Shown here piece by piece: positions 26,623 through 35,952 of a stretch of DNA of 64,000 bases. Below the pieces are notes generated by a model. That model did no database searches. It was given only the letters and a program-made list of their open reading frames with translations, and was not told the origin of the DNA. Position 1 is the first letter of the stretch. Each line of letters begins with the position of its first letter. Made by a program: the position numbers and the translations under genes. The stretch spans positions 128,160-192,159 of the forward strand of contig SCTI01000002.1 in the NCBI GenBank assembly GCA_004297735.1, written 5' to 3'. This stretch comes from Patescibacteria group bacterium (GTDB lineage Bacteria; Patescibacteriota; Saccharimonadia; UBA4664; SCTI01).

Positions 26623-28017
26623 CTATCGCGTCGACGAGGAGCCGCTACCGGTACTACTGGAGCCAGTACTGCTGCTACCCGAGACGGTCGCGGCGTAGTC
26701 GGAGCCTAGAATCACCACCACATCACCCGGCTTAATCGCGCTGGCGGGTAGTCCTAGCGCCTCGGGCGTGGTTGGCTCGACCTTGAGCTGATGCTTGAGG
26801 TAGTCAACGGTCTTTGGCTTCTTGCCGCCGCTGTAGTCAATGATCTGCGTGGTGGTGTAGTCCCGCTTAAGAGCGTTAGTGATTGTTTCGAGGCCCAGTG
26901 GATATCCCTTGGTTTTAAGCTGATCCTGTAGCTTGCCAGCCAAGCCGGTAGTGGTGGTGCCATTTTCTATCACCACCCGACTGTGTTCAGCCCAGATCGG
27001 GCCCATGGTGAAGATGCTTTTTACGAACAACTGGATGTCGTCAAAGTCGCCGCTAGCCGGGACTAGGTCGCTAGAGTTATTGGATGAGATTAAGAAGCCG
27101 TCTGGGTCGAGATTGAACACCACATTTGTGATGCGCGACTGGTCCAACCCATCGGTCAACTCACGCAGTCGCATTAAGTTATTTATGCTGAGGTCGGTTT
27201 CAATATTCTTACCTGCAGCACCGACCAGCTTGCCTAAAGCTACCGGGTTAGCCAGGGTCCCAGCCGAGGTAGCCTTGTCGCGAATGGCCTGCATCACTTG
27301 CTGCTGGCGCTCGGCCCGACCAAAGTCGTTACCGCAGGTACCCTTGCGGCATCGAACATACTTAAGTGCGGTGTTGCCATCAAGCTTCTGGCGTCCGGCG
27401 GCCAAACGGAAGCCACAGCTGCGATACTGGTTTTTATCGCAGGGGTATTCGGGATCGTAGAGATTCTGCTTGTTATCGACCTCAACGCCACCAACCGCAT
27501 CAACTACGTCTTTGAGACCGGTAAAGTTGGCTTTAACGTAATAGTGAATTGGTACGCCAAAGCTGTCTTCGTAGGTCTGCTTGGCTACCTTTAGCCCGCC
27601 TTGAGCGTAAGCGTTGTTAATTTTACTTTCACCATAATCAGGTATGTCGACACGTAAATCGCGCGGAATGCCAATCATGGCAACGGTGTGGTTGCGGGTA
27701 TCTACACTGAGAATAATGTTGGTATCGCTAAGCTTTTCGCCGGCATGACCAGGATCGCCAACACCAAGCATCATGATGTTGACGCGGCCATCGCTCTCCC
27801 CCTTTAGCTTGCCAAAACCAAATGGATTAACCGAAACCTTTGATAGGTTGAATACCAAATAGGCCGCTACTGCAGCACCAATTACCACCGCCACTATTGC
27901 CAATCGCTTGAGCCATTTAACGTAACGGCGCGGTGGCTTGGGGCGCGGCGAACTTTCTAATTCATCCTGGTAAATAATGATATCGTCGTTCACTGAGAGC
28001 TTTCCAATGCCCCACAT
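26623..28017 (-). CDS. LytR-CpsA-Psr (LCP) family cell-envelope glycopolymer transferase
   Basis: There is an N-terminal TM. The LCP core reads VNIMMLGVGDPGHAGEKLSDTNIILSVDTRNHTVAMIGIPRDLRVDIP. The C-terminal tail is Ser/Gly-rich. Confidence 0.75.
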   Translation of the reverse strand: MWGIGKLSVNDDIIIYQDELESSPRPKPPRRYVKWLKRLAIVAVVIGAAVAAYLVFNLSKVSVNPFGFGKLKGESDGRVNIMMLGVGDPGHAGEKLSDTNIILSVDTRNHTVAMIGIPRDLRVDIPDYGESKINNAYAQGGLKVAKQTYEDSFGVPIHYYVKANFTGLKDVVDAVGGVEVDNKQNLYDPEYPCDKNQYRSCGFRLAAGRQKLDGNTALKYVRCRKGTCGNDFGRAERQQQVMQAIRDKATSAGTLANPVALGKLVGAAGKNIETDLSINNLMRLRELTDGLDQSRITNVVFNLDPDGFLISSNNSSDLVPASGDFDDIQLFVKSIFTMGPIWAEHSRVVIENGTTTTGLAGKLQDQLKTKGYPLGLETITNALKRDYTTTQIIDYSGGKKPKTVDYLKHQLKVEPTTPEALGLPASAIKPGDVVVILGSDYAATVSGSSSTGSSSTGSGSSSTR

Positions 28018-28079
28018 TGTAGCACTGAGCGGGCCGCCTCTGCCATAGCAAAATGCTTATGGTATGATAAGGAGGTAAA

Positions 28080-29789
28080 GTGGCGACAGTAATGACGCTT
28101 AAACCAAAAATTAAACCCATACATCCTCAAAAATTATCACCTATTATCTGGAGTGGCCTGCCTTTGGTGATGGCGGTGGTGTTTGGTTTGGCTTTAAGCC
28201 CTACTAACCCCACCGGTCCAACCGCTCCGATCGCCTCTCAAGCTGGAACGGTCACTCACCCTAGCGACAACTCAGGCGCAACGCCAAAGACGAACGGCGC
28301 CCTGACCTCAAGCACTAATGCAAGCGCCTCGGCGCTAAAGGCAGCTGCGCCTCAACCGGCGTCTAACCTGCCGCTAGCCGCTAAACAACCGGCGCCCCAA
28401 CCCGGCAATAAGGGCTACACCGAGTATCCCTACTCAATGCTTGGAACCACCAACGACACTCTACTGAGCAACCAATGGCACCTTAACACCATTCAGGCCA
28501 CCTCGGCCTGGGATCGCTGGACCGGCTCAAGTTCGGTCACCATTGCAATTATCGATACCGGTTTCGCCCTTAATCATGAGGACTTATCGGCCAAGTGGAA
28601 GCTCAACAGCGCGGAAATGGGCACCACCGCCAGTCAAGGGCCAGCGCCAAACTGCACCAGCCGCGGCTTAAGCTTGGATAAGCGCTGCAACAACGTTGAT
28701 GACGACGGCAACGGCTACACCGATGACTGGCGCGGCTGGGACTTTGTAGCGGGCGATAACGACCCGCAGGCCGGCTCGACCAACTCGGTTGGCGCCGGAG
28801 TTAGCCATGGTAGTTTTGTGGCCGCATTGGCCGCCGCGGCCAGCAACAACGGTCGGGGCGTGGCAGGCGTTGATCGTAGCGCCCAGATTTTGCCGCTCCA
28901 GGCGCTTGACGACAATGGCAACGGATACACCAGCACGGTAGCCGAGGCAATTACTTACGCTGCCGATCAGGGGGCCGACGTCATCAACCTCAGCCTGGGC
29001 AGTGCCTACAGCGACAGCTACCTGCGCAGTCAGATTGATTACGCTCAAAGCCTGGGTGTGGCAGTGGTAGCGGCCGCTGGCAACGATGGCTGCCAAGAGT
29101 GCTTGAGTTACCCCGCGAACTTCCCCGAAGTGATTGCGGTTGGCGCCACCACCTCGAGCGATACCTTGGCCAGTTTTTCGAGCTGGGGTGCCAATCTTGA
29201 TCTGGTCGCCCCTGGCGGGAGTGGCCTGTGCTCGGTGGCCTGGTCAGCCAGCAACCAAACCAGTGGCTATAGCTGTGGCGGTCAGGGAACCTCTTTCTCC
29301 TCTCCGCTAGTGACCGGTACGGTTGGGCTGATTATGGGCAGGCAGCCCGGGATATCGCTTAGCAGCATCCTCACGGCCCTCCAGAATGGCAGCGACAAGG
29401 TCGCGGCCATGAACGGAGTCTTAACCTCTACCCGCTACGGCTACGGCCGCCTGAACGTCTACCGCAGCCTGCAGCAGTTGGCGCAGCCGGTCAGCGTGGG
29501 AGGCCTGGGCGGCAACAAGGACAGCTCAACCCCAATTTCGCTATCAAGCAACCAGGATGTCGTAACCTTATGTCGCGGCACAGTTGGCAACTGCCGCCTG
29601 CGCTTTACCGGCCCACTCGGGCAGGTGGTGCTATCCCCGGCAGCTAACCTCAACTTCTGGGGCGACACCGCCATCCAGTGGCAGCCGGCCGACTTTAGCC
29701 TTACCGCTGGGACCTGGACCATGGAGCCGGCCTGGGCCGACGGAACCGCCAGCGGCTATCCTGGGGCGACCCTGGTTATATCACCTTAA
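28080..29789 (+). CDS. Subtilisin-like serine protease (peptidase S8) with an N-terminal membrane anchor
   Basis: The GTG start has AAGGAGG upstream. The catalytic triad contexts are AIIDTGF (Asp), HGSFVAAL (His) and GTSFSSPLVTG (Ser). Confidence 0.8.
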   Translation: MATVMTLKPKIKPIHPQKLSPIIWSGLPLVMAVVFGLALSPTNPTGPTAPIASQAGTVTHPSDNSGATPKTNGALTSSTNASASALKAAAPQPASNLPLAAKQPAPQPGNKGYTEYPYSMLGTTNDTLLSNQWHLNTIQATSAWDRWTGSSSVTIAIIDTGFALNHEDLSAKWKLNSAEMGTTASQGPAPNCTSRGLSLDKRCNNVDDDGNGYTDDWRGWDFVAGDNDPQAGSTNSVGAGVSHGSFVAALAAAASNNGRGVAGVDRSAQILPLQALDDNGNGYTSTVAEAITYAADQGADVINLSLGSAYSDSYLRSQIDYAQSLGVAVVAAAGNDGCQECLSYPANFPEVIAVGATTSSDTLASFSSWGANLDLVAPGGSGLCSVAWSASNQTSGYSCGGQGTSFSSPLVTGTVGLIMGRQPGISLSSILTALQNGSDKVAAMNGVLTSTRYGYGRLNVYRSLQQLAQPVSVGGLGGNKDSSTPISLSSNQDVVTLCRGTVGNCRLRFTGPLGQVVLSPAANLNFWGDTAIQWQPADFSLTAGTWTMEPAWADGTASGYPGATLVISP

Positions 29790-29831
29790 ACCACTCTCCC
29801 TCTACCATCCCACTTATGTTAATCTAGGAGC

Positions 29832-31418
29832 ATGAGTGAGAGTACCGGCGCATCGCGCGCCCAAGACGAACAGTTAGCCGCCGCCTTTGCCGCCAAAAGT
29901 GGTATTCCCTACCAAGAAACCACCGACTTAACCGCGGTTATTGATCTGGGTGGTCAGCTGGATCTGGCCACGCTGCAGCAGTATCGCGTGGCACCTCTCC
30001 ATCACTACAACGACCACAGTCTAGAACTGGGTATTACCGACCAGACCGACCGCAGCCGCCTCCCAGAGCTGCAAAACAAACTGCCTCACGTCCAGATGAC
30101 CTTTAAAACCATCTCGCACAGCGGCTACAACTACATTCTCAACCACACCTACTACCTGCTGTTCGAAAAGGAGCGCAATGGCGACTTTAAGGCCTTTGGC
30201 AAGCGCCTGGCCGCCGCCGCGCCCAAGCAAGCATTTTCGCTGATTGCCCAGATGGCCTACTGGCTGGATGCATCCGATATTCACATTGAGCCGCAAGCTA
30301 ACCAAACCCGAATTCGATTCCGGTTGGATGGCATTCTCCATCCGATTACCGACGTCGACACCAAAGCCTATGAGATTTTTTTGAGCGACTTACAGACTCG
30401 AGCCGAGATAACCTGGGGCTCGGATGAGCCTCAAAGCGGTCGAATCAGTCTGCGCTTAATGGATAACCAGGCCCTCTACTCCGACGTCAACATGCGAATT
30501 GAAACGGTTCCCACCTTCCATGGCGAGGAAATTGTGGTGCGCATCTTTAACGACCAAACCCGCGATCTAACGCTCGAGCATCTGGGCTTTAGTGATGAGC
30601 AGCTGCGCAAACTGTATGCGGTCACCGAACATCCCAGCGGCATGGTATTAACGGTTGGACCGACCGGATCAGGTAAGACCTCCACCCTTTACGCCATCAT
30701 CAATCACCTCAATAACCCTGAGGTTAAGATAATCACGCTTGAGGATCCGGTTGAGTACGACCTGCCTGGAATCAGCCAGATTCAGGTGAACACCGACGAC
30801 AAGGAGTCGTTTGCCGGAAAACTACGCGCCGTAATGCGTGAGGATCCCAATGTAGTAATGATCGGTGAAATCCGTGACATCGACACCGCTAAAACCGCCC
30901 TACAAGCGGCCTTAACCGGTCACTTGGTACTGTCGACCTTCCATGCCACCAACGCGTCGGCGGCAATCAGCCGTATGCTCGACATGATTGGCCAGAATCC
31001 GCTGTTTGCTAGTGCTATTCGAATGATTATTGCCCAGAGATTGGCGCGCCGTATCTGTCCTCACTGTGTTGTAGAAGCTACAGCGACTAAAGAACAGCTA
31101 GACTTCTTAACCAAATCGGTTGAACAAATTAGCCCTGAACGTCGTCCAAAACTGCCTAAGACCCTCAAGCTCAAGCACGGCAAGGGCTGCCCCGAGTGTC
31201 ACGGTATCGGCTATAAGGGCCGAGTCGCGGTTGTTGAGATGATGTCGATCACCCCCGAAATTGAAAAGCTGATGATGCAACCTAAAACCACTACAGCGCA
31301 GGATATTGAAGCGGTAGCGGTACGGAGCGGCATGGCCACCCTACTAGAGGATGGTGTAACCAAGGCCCTAGCCGGCGAAACCACGGTTGAGGAGATTGTG
31401 CGGTTAAGCGAGGCTTAG
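29832..31418 (+). CDS. Type II secretion / type IV pilus assembly ATPase (GspE/PilB family)
   Basis: Walker A is VGPTGSGKTST. Asp/His boxes are present. A C-terminal tetracysteine motif reads CPHC...CPEC. AGGAG lies upstream. Confidence 0.8.
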   Translation: MSESTGASRAQDEQLAAAFAAKSGIPYQETTDLTAVIDLGGQLDLATLQQYRVAPLHHYNDHSLELGITDQTDRSRLPELQNKLPHVQMTFKTISHSGYNYILNHTYYLLFEKERNGDFKAFGKRLAAAAPKQAFSLIAQMAYWLDASDIHIEPQANQTRIRFRLDGILHPITDVDTKAYEIFLSDLQTRAEITWGSDEPQSGRISLRLMDNQALYSDVNMRIETVPTFHGEEIVVRIFNDQTRDLTLEHLGFSDEQLRKLYAVTEHPSGMVLTVGPTGSGKTSTLYAIINHLNNPEVKIITLEDPVEYDLPGISQIQVNTDDKESFAGKLRAVMREDPNVVMIGEIRDIDTAKTALQAALTGHLVLSTFHATNASAAISRMLDMIGQNPLFASAIRMIIAQRLARRICPHCVVEATATKEQLDFLTKSVEQISPERRPKLPKTLKLKHGKGCPECHGIGYKGRVAVVEMMSITPEIEKLMMQPKTTTAQDIEAVAVRSGMATLLEDGVTKALAGETTVEEIVRLSEA

Positions 31419-31735
31419 CTAGCCAAGTATCTGGCTGAGTTATAGATGTACCGTAAGATTTTAATCTCCTGATTAAGTCGGTGCCTGCCAGATTCGGTGA
31501 TGGTGAAATATCTTCCCTCTGACTTAATATAATCCTGCTGCTTAAGACGATTTATGATGTACCAGGTGTGAGAGCCGACTAGGTGGATTGATCCGCCAGA
31601 GTAGTCCTCGATTAATCCTATTAGACTATAGGAGTTAATTACATGTTTATTTGAAAGTGCCAACGTCATTAAGGTGTTTGGCGTCATCGGACTAAACTGC
31701 TTGCGCCGGTTTTGATAGTGATTTAATCGAGTCAT
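31415..31735 (-). CDS. Small putative winged-helix DNA-binding protein encoded in an AT-rich segment
   Basis: It is 106 aa with local GC of about 38%. The C-terminal half YIKSEGRYFTITESGRHRL resembles a wHTH wing. Confidence 0.4.
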   Translation of the reverse strand: MTRLNHYQNRRKQFSPMTPNTLMTLALSNKHVINSYSLIGLIEDYSGGSIHLVGSHTWYIINRLKQQDYIKSEGRYFTITESGRHRLNQEIKILRYIYNSARYLAS

Positions 31736-31778
31736 TTTCCCCTTACCCTTCCCGATCCTGCGTTATATCTTGGCTGAG

Positions 31779-31829
31779 CAAAACACTCTAATTTAGGTAG
31801 TAAATTTTTTTACCCCCTAAATTAGAGTT
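31779..31829. repeat. Palindromic intergenic repeat element, copy 1 of 2 (hairpin-forming, about 50 nt)
   Basis: The sequence is aaaacactctaatttaggtagtaaatttttttaccccctaaattagagtt. A second copy lies at 46809-46863 with a near-identical core. Confidence 0.55.
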
Positions 31830-31962
31830 AATCTTGCACTAAAAGGATCAGCCTACTTATGCTAGCAACTTAAGATTAATAAATTCTGAGCCAATATAAC
31901 TACGCCAATAAATAAGTCCGTTGCGCGGCCCGAGGAGTATTTACCTCGAGCCGCCGTTTCGT

Positions 31963-32307
31963 CTATACGCGTGTGAGCGGCTTTCGCCTGGATTCTGGCC
32001 CGCCTTGGGGTGAGGGCGCTTGATCGCGCGGATCGGAGTCGTCACCACCATCGTTGCCTGGAACCCAGGTGCCATGGCACCTGGGGCAGCTGTGCAAGTC
32101 AAAGCCATGTGCGTCAGGCCTCATTCTGGTGCCGCAGTCCAGGCAGAGCTTGCGACCCAAAAGAAGTGAGAAGACGTAAAAAGACCCCATGACGGTCAGG
32201 AAGACCAGGCCGGCGATGGTTAAAACCACCATATACACCAGGATCGACTCACCCCACTGGTTAAGCAGGCTGGTCAGATCGAAGTCGTAGCTTTCCTCCC
32301 TAGGCAT
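31963..32307 (-). CDS. Small membrane protein with a C-terminal zinc ribbon
   Basis: The TM segment is ILVYMVVLTIAGLVFLTVMGSFYVFSLLL. It is followed by CLDCG...CPRCHG. It overlaps the upstream ORF by 8 nt. Confidence 0.35.
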   Translation of the reverse strand: MPREESYDFDLTSLLNQWGESILVYMVVLTIAGLVFLTVMGSFYVFSLLLGRKLCLDCGTRMRPDAHGFDLHSCPRCHGTWVPGNDGGDDSDPRDQAPSPQGGPESRRKPLTRV

Positions 32308-32587
32308 GATGCTGATTCCGCCGAAACGGGATGACGCTGAACAAACCGAGAAAGACCACGGTCACTGCCACGGCCGTCATCATGAAGGCCGCCTCGTGAG
32401 TCGCGATCTGGGTGTAGACCCAGTGCAGCACATCGGCCACGTTGTACCACAGCTGATGCAGCCAGTCGTCACCCGGAGGCTGGGCCAGCGGATCGGGCTG
32501 TGCGCCGATGCTGTCGCCATTGCTGGCAATTGAGCTTTCGTCGCTGTAACTCTCAAAACCTGTAGCTACAATGAACATCTCACTCAC
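32300..32587 (-). CDS. Small hypothetical protein with a C-terminal TM helix
   Basis: It is 95 aa with the TM segment AAFMMTAVAVTVVFLGLFSVIPF. It appears translationally coupled to the downstream Zn-ribbon gene. Confidence 0.35.
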   Translation of the reverse strand: MSEMFIVATGFESYSDESSIASNGDSIGAQPDPLAQPPGDDWLHQLWYNVADVLHWVYTQIATHEAAFMMTAVAVTVVFLGLFSVIPFRRNQHHA

Positions 32588-32661
32588 TCCTCGTGAAACG
32601 CTTGTAAACAGAAACGACCCATCAAGGTCGCATTAGTTATAACATAATAGTTATTATAAAT

Positions 32662-33840
32662 CTACCTAGGTTGAGCTTTTTGGTAATGACTGGTCATAAT
32701 CGCTGGGCTAATCAAAATCCCGATCGCACCCAGTACAAACGCCAATATGAGCACTGCCTGAGTAGGCAGTATAAAAGTAGCTGCAAAAAGCGTGCTAAAC
32801 AAAAACAACGAGCCCAGATCGTTCATCGCGTTAAACGCCGCCACAAAGCTCACCGTGTTGTTTGAGCGGGCGTGGCGGTACAGCGTTGCCTGAAATGGAA
32901 TCATGTTAAAGGTATTAACAACCCCATCAACCAGGTTAATCGCGGTGGCACTAATTGAATCGGCTGCCCCAATTCTGCCCAAGTGCATTACCGAGGTGCC
33001 GACCGAGCCACTCCAGATTGTAGCCCGCGGGTGTCGCTGCGACAGCTTTGATGCAACCTGATTGGCGATCACAATTGCCAAAAAAGATACCGTAGTAATA
33101 AAACCAACCTTGGCGTAGCCACCGACAAACAAAAATATGGCAAACGGCCAAACAATCTTAGCCACCCGAGCATCGATCGCCCGACCAAAGCTGCCTACCG
33201 CATCGCGTGCCATCTGCTTCCAGGGTAGGTCGAGCATCGAAAAGCGCTGGCGCGTAAATGGCTCACTGCTAAATGACAGTGGAATTAAGCTCGCCGATAC
33301 CAGAACAATTGCCAGCAGCAGCGACACTTGCAAACCAAACAGACTAGCAATAATGCCGCCAATAAGAGGCCCTAGTGTTGTAACGGTTACAATAAGTTGA
33401 GATATGATACTAACCTGGGAGCTAACCTTTTTCTCCTCATATGACCGAGCAAAGTAGGTCATAAAGGCTAAAAAGTGGAACACGTTTAGAACCGCGTCAG
33501 CTGCTGGAATCAACCAAAATACCTGGGCGTTACCAGCCAGCATGGTTAGTAAAACCAGCGTCACAATTGTGGCCACCACAGCAATCACAAAGCCATGCTT
33601 GGGGCCATATCGCGCAATGTAGCGCCCAGCTATTGGCTGCAACATAATGCGAATTACAAAATCAACCACAAAGAGTAACAAGATTGTTCGGATGCTGTAA
33701 CCCAGATTGTACAGATAGATCGGCACGAAGATACTAACCAAGCTGAGGCCTAGCCCGTTGATTCCAACTGACCAATAAATCTCCCTTACCGGCCGCAGTT
33801 GGTGATGGTGCCGGATGTGCTGATCGACGATTGAATGCAT
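32662..33840 (-). CDS. MFS-type transporter
   Basis: It is 392 aa with about 11-12 predicted TM helices. Confidence 0.7.
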   Translation of the reverse strand: MHSIVDQHIRHHHQLRPVREIYWSVGINGLGLSLVSIFVPIYLYNLGYSIRTILLLFVVDFVIRIMLQPIAGRYIARYGPKHGFVIAVVATIVTLVLLTMLAGNAQVFWLIPAADAVLNVFHFLAFMTYFARSYEEKKVSSQVSIISQLIVTVTTLGPLIGGIIASLFGLQVSLLLAIVLVSASLIPLSFSSEPFTRQRFSMLDLPWKQMARDAVGSFGRAIDARVAKIVWPFAIFLFVGGYAKVGFITTVSFLAIVIANQVASKLSQRHPRATIWSGSVGTSVMHLGRIGAADSISATAINLVDGVVNTFNMIPFQATLYRHARSNNTVSFVAAFNAMNDLGSLFLFSTLFAATFILPTQAVLILAFVLGAIGILISPAIMTSHYQKAQPR

Positions 33841-33964
33841 TACTCTTATGGTAACAGATTAGAAGGCCACATTGACAGTAGCTCACGGGGTCATTTCGCT
33901 TTTATAAGTCCATGCTGCGGCCCGGTGGCATGAATCCACCAGGCCGCCCCTCTCTTCCTCTCCG

Positions 33965-34588
33965 CTAGATAAACCGCACCCCATAGCCGCAAAAGACGAC
34001 CGGGTACCGGTTGATCTTGACTAGATCTCCCTGCAGAGAGCTCAGCAGCTTTACCGCCAGTCCTGTGGCAAACTCTTGGCGCAGCCAGATATCAGGTAGC
34101 ACCATCGCAACTTCTCCGTTATTAAAGAAGTAGTCGTTGTACTGCTGAACACCCGGGCAGACCTGAACGTTCAGAACCTGCTGCAGTCGGTCGAGAACAT
34201 TCCCCCAGTCGGCCCCCAGTACTGATGGCTCATCCCAAGCCTGAAGCCTCTGCATCGCTAGCGACTGGAACTGGGTCAGAAAGCGACCGACAAGAGCGCC
34301 CTCAAGGCTCTCGATATAGGCCAGATAGCGGTCAACCTGTTCACGGTCGGCCAGATCGCTTGGAGGCTGGTGGTACCGATAGTGCGGATGAAAGTTCAAC
34401 ACCAGCCAGGTCCCCCGCTGAACATTGACCCCAACGTGAGGCTGTGGATCGAAAGCGGGCGCGTCCTTCTGCAGAATCATTTCCAGCCTTGGCTGGCGCA
34501 GCCATGCAGTCAGCTCGGTTCGAGACTGGTCGATACGCTCTTGAGCAATCACCGTGAGCTCACTTTCGTTCGAAGATGTAAGGGCCAA
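33965..34588 (-). CDS. Hypothetical protein with no recognisable family
   Basis: It is a 207-aa soluble protein. Confidence 0.45.
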   Translation of the reverse strand: MALTSSNESELTVIAQERIDQSRTELTAWLRQPRLEMILQKDAPAFDPQPHVGVNVQRGTWLVLNFHPHYRYHQPPSDLADREQVDRYLAYIESLEGALVGRFLTQFQSLAMQRLQAWDEPSVLGADWGNVLDRLQQVLNVQVCPGVQQYNDYFFNNGEVAMVLPDIWLRQEFATGLAVKLLSSLQGDLVKINRYPVVFCGYGVRFI

Positions 34589-34730
34589 CCTCCGCCCTGG
34601 TTCAGGTTAGTTGTATCACACCTGCTTGATCGAGTCGAACTTTGTGATTGAAAAATAAGGCTATTCTTGCTAACCTAAACAGTACAAATGGGTTTCGACC
34701 TCACCCCTGCTCCGGCAGGGGTAAAATATT

Positions 34731-35138
34731 TTACAGGCCAATTATTTTAGATAAACCCGAGCGTACTCTACTTATGTCATTTACAGAAACAGATCCAAGC
34801 TTACTTAATAACCGGCTTGAGTCATAGCTTCGCATCTGCGACATAAGCGCACTTACTTCCTCCCCCGCCAAAGTAATTCCTGAGTAGTATTTGCCCTCTT
34901 TTAATTTTGTAGAAAGTGGAACTCCGTAGAATAAAGATTTATTAAACTTTCTCAGCACTAATACTGGGCGCGCAAAATTCCGCCCCTTACCGTCTTCTTC
35001 ATCCCCAACATTGAGACCTATGGCCACCCACCACACCTCTCGCTCGTAAAAATAGAGTTGTTGAGTTTTTTGTTGTAACTGATGCTTTTTTATGTGCCAA
35101 TGCCGGTAATCTTTCATGCTCGTGAGCATAGCAAACAA
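34731..35138 (-). CDS. MazF/PemK/Kid-fold toxin-like protein (mRNA interferase-like), with no obvious cognate antitoxin gene
   Basis: The sequence EREVWWVAIGLNVGDEEDGKGRNFARPVLVLRKFNKSLFYGVPLSTK follows the MazF/PemK pattern (hydrophobic-WxVxhG...RPxLVL...P[LI][ST]). Its start lies 30 nt after the ssrA 3' end. Confidence 0.5.
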   Translation of the reverse strand: MFAMLTSMKDYRHWHIKKHQLQQKTQQLYFYEREVWWVAIGLNVGDEEDGKGRNFARPVLVLRKFNKSLFYGVPLSTKLKEGKYYSGITLAGEEVSALMSQMRSYDSSRLLSKLGSVSVNDISRVRSGLSKIIGL

Positions 35139-35168
35139 ACATTAACGTTTCATAAACTCTATAAGTCC

Positions 35169-35546
35169 TGGTGGAGCTGCGGGGAATCGCACCCCGGTCC
35201 GAAAGCTCAAACACTACTCCTCTACACGTTTAGACCGCTTTAAAAGCTTGGGTGATGGTCTTAAAACGGACCAAACAACCATCACGGCAGCCAAGTATCT
35301 TAGCGTTTAGCGTTAGGCACCACTAAACGAGCGGCCAGAAAAGTTGACACCGGTAGAATCCCTATCTGGCGTCGAGTACCGATGGCGTTACGTGGTTAGG
35401 CGTAAGCTGGTGCGAGGGTCGGAACGCTAAAAGCGCTCTTTACTCGCGAAACAAGGCTGTTGAGACTTGTTGTTGATGGATTTAACGCATGCCTGCGACG
35501 TGCCAAGTAGTGTGTGAAGGTTCTTTCGTCGAAGCTGATCAGCCCC
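35169..35546 (-). ncRNA. ssrA: tmRNA (ssrA)
   Basis: The minus-strand 5' end reads GGGGCUGAUCAGCUUCGACGAAAG. The 3' end reads GGACCGGGGUGCGAUUCCCCGCAGCUCCACCA, which has a T-arm, an acceptor complementary to the 5' GGGGCUG, and CCA. An extended -10 TGGTATAAT lies just upstream. A candidate tag ORF is GCU-UUU-...-GCC-UAA (AFSVPTLAPAYA*). Confidence 0.75.
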
Positions 35547-35672
35547 AGGCCCCCTATTATACCAAAATCTCACAGTATTTAGGAGGGTTCATTAGTGGAT
35601 GATTCGTGGGTACGCTCAATGCTAAGCCCTAGTTCAGCCAGTAGCATTAAAAGCATTAAGGGAGGACATTGT

Positions 35673-35903
35673 ATGGCAGAGCAAGACCAACCTAAAATCG
35701 ACCGCACACCGGAGCAGGACGAGATCCCGGGACAAGACCAAAAAAATCGGACGTGGAGCGAAATACCGGAGCCAGCCGGTGACGCACCACCAGGCGGGCA
35801 AAGCTTTGGTGAGCGCCTGGGCGATAACGCTCCAACCGAGGAGAATCTGGCTGAGGCAATGGCAGCCGATCAAGACCCAGAAGATGAGGAGCTTACGGCC
35901 TAG
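35673..35903 (+). CDS. Small acidic hypothetical protein (76 aa)
   Basis: The ATG has AGGGAGG about 7 nt upstream. The sequence reads MAEQDQPKIDRTPEQDEIPGQDQKNRTWSEIPEP... The longer track ORF from 35595 would overlap the ssrA promoter. Confidence 0.4.
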   Translation: MAEQDQPKIDRTPEQDEIPGQDQKNRTWSEIPEPAGDAPPGGQSFGERLGDNAPTEENLAEAMAADQDPEDEELTA

Positions 35904-35952
35904 AGCGCCAAACCAACTTGTTAAATCTGAGTCGCTATAACCAACTGGAGTC

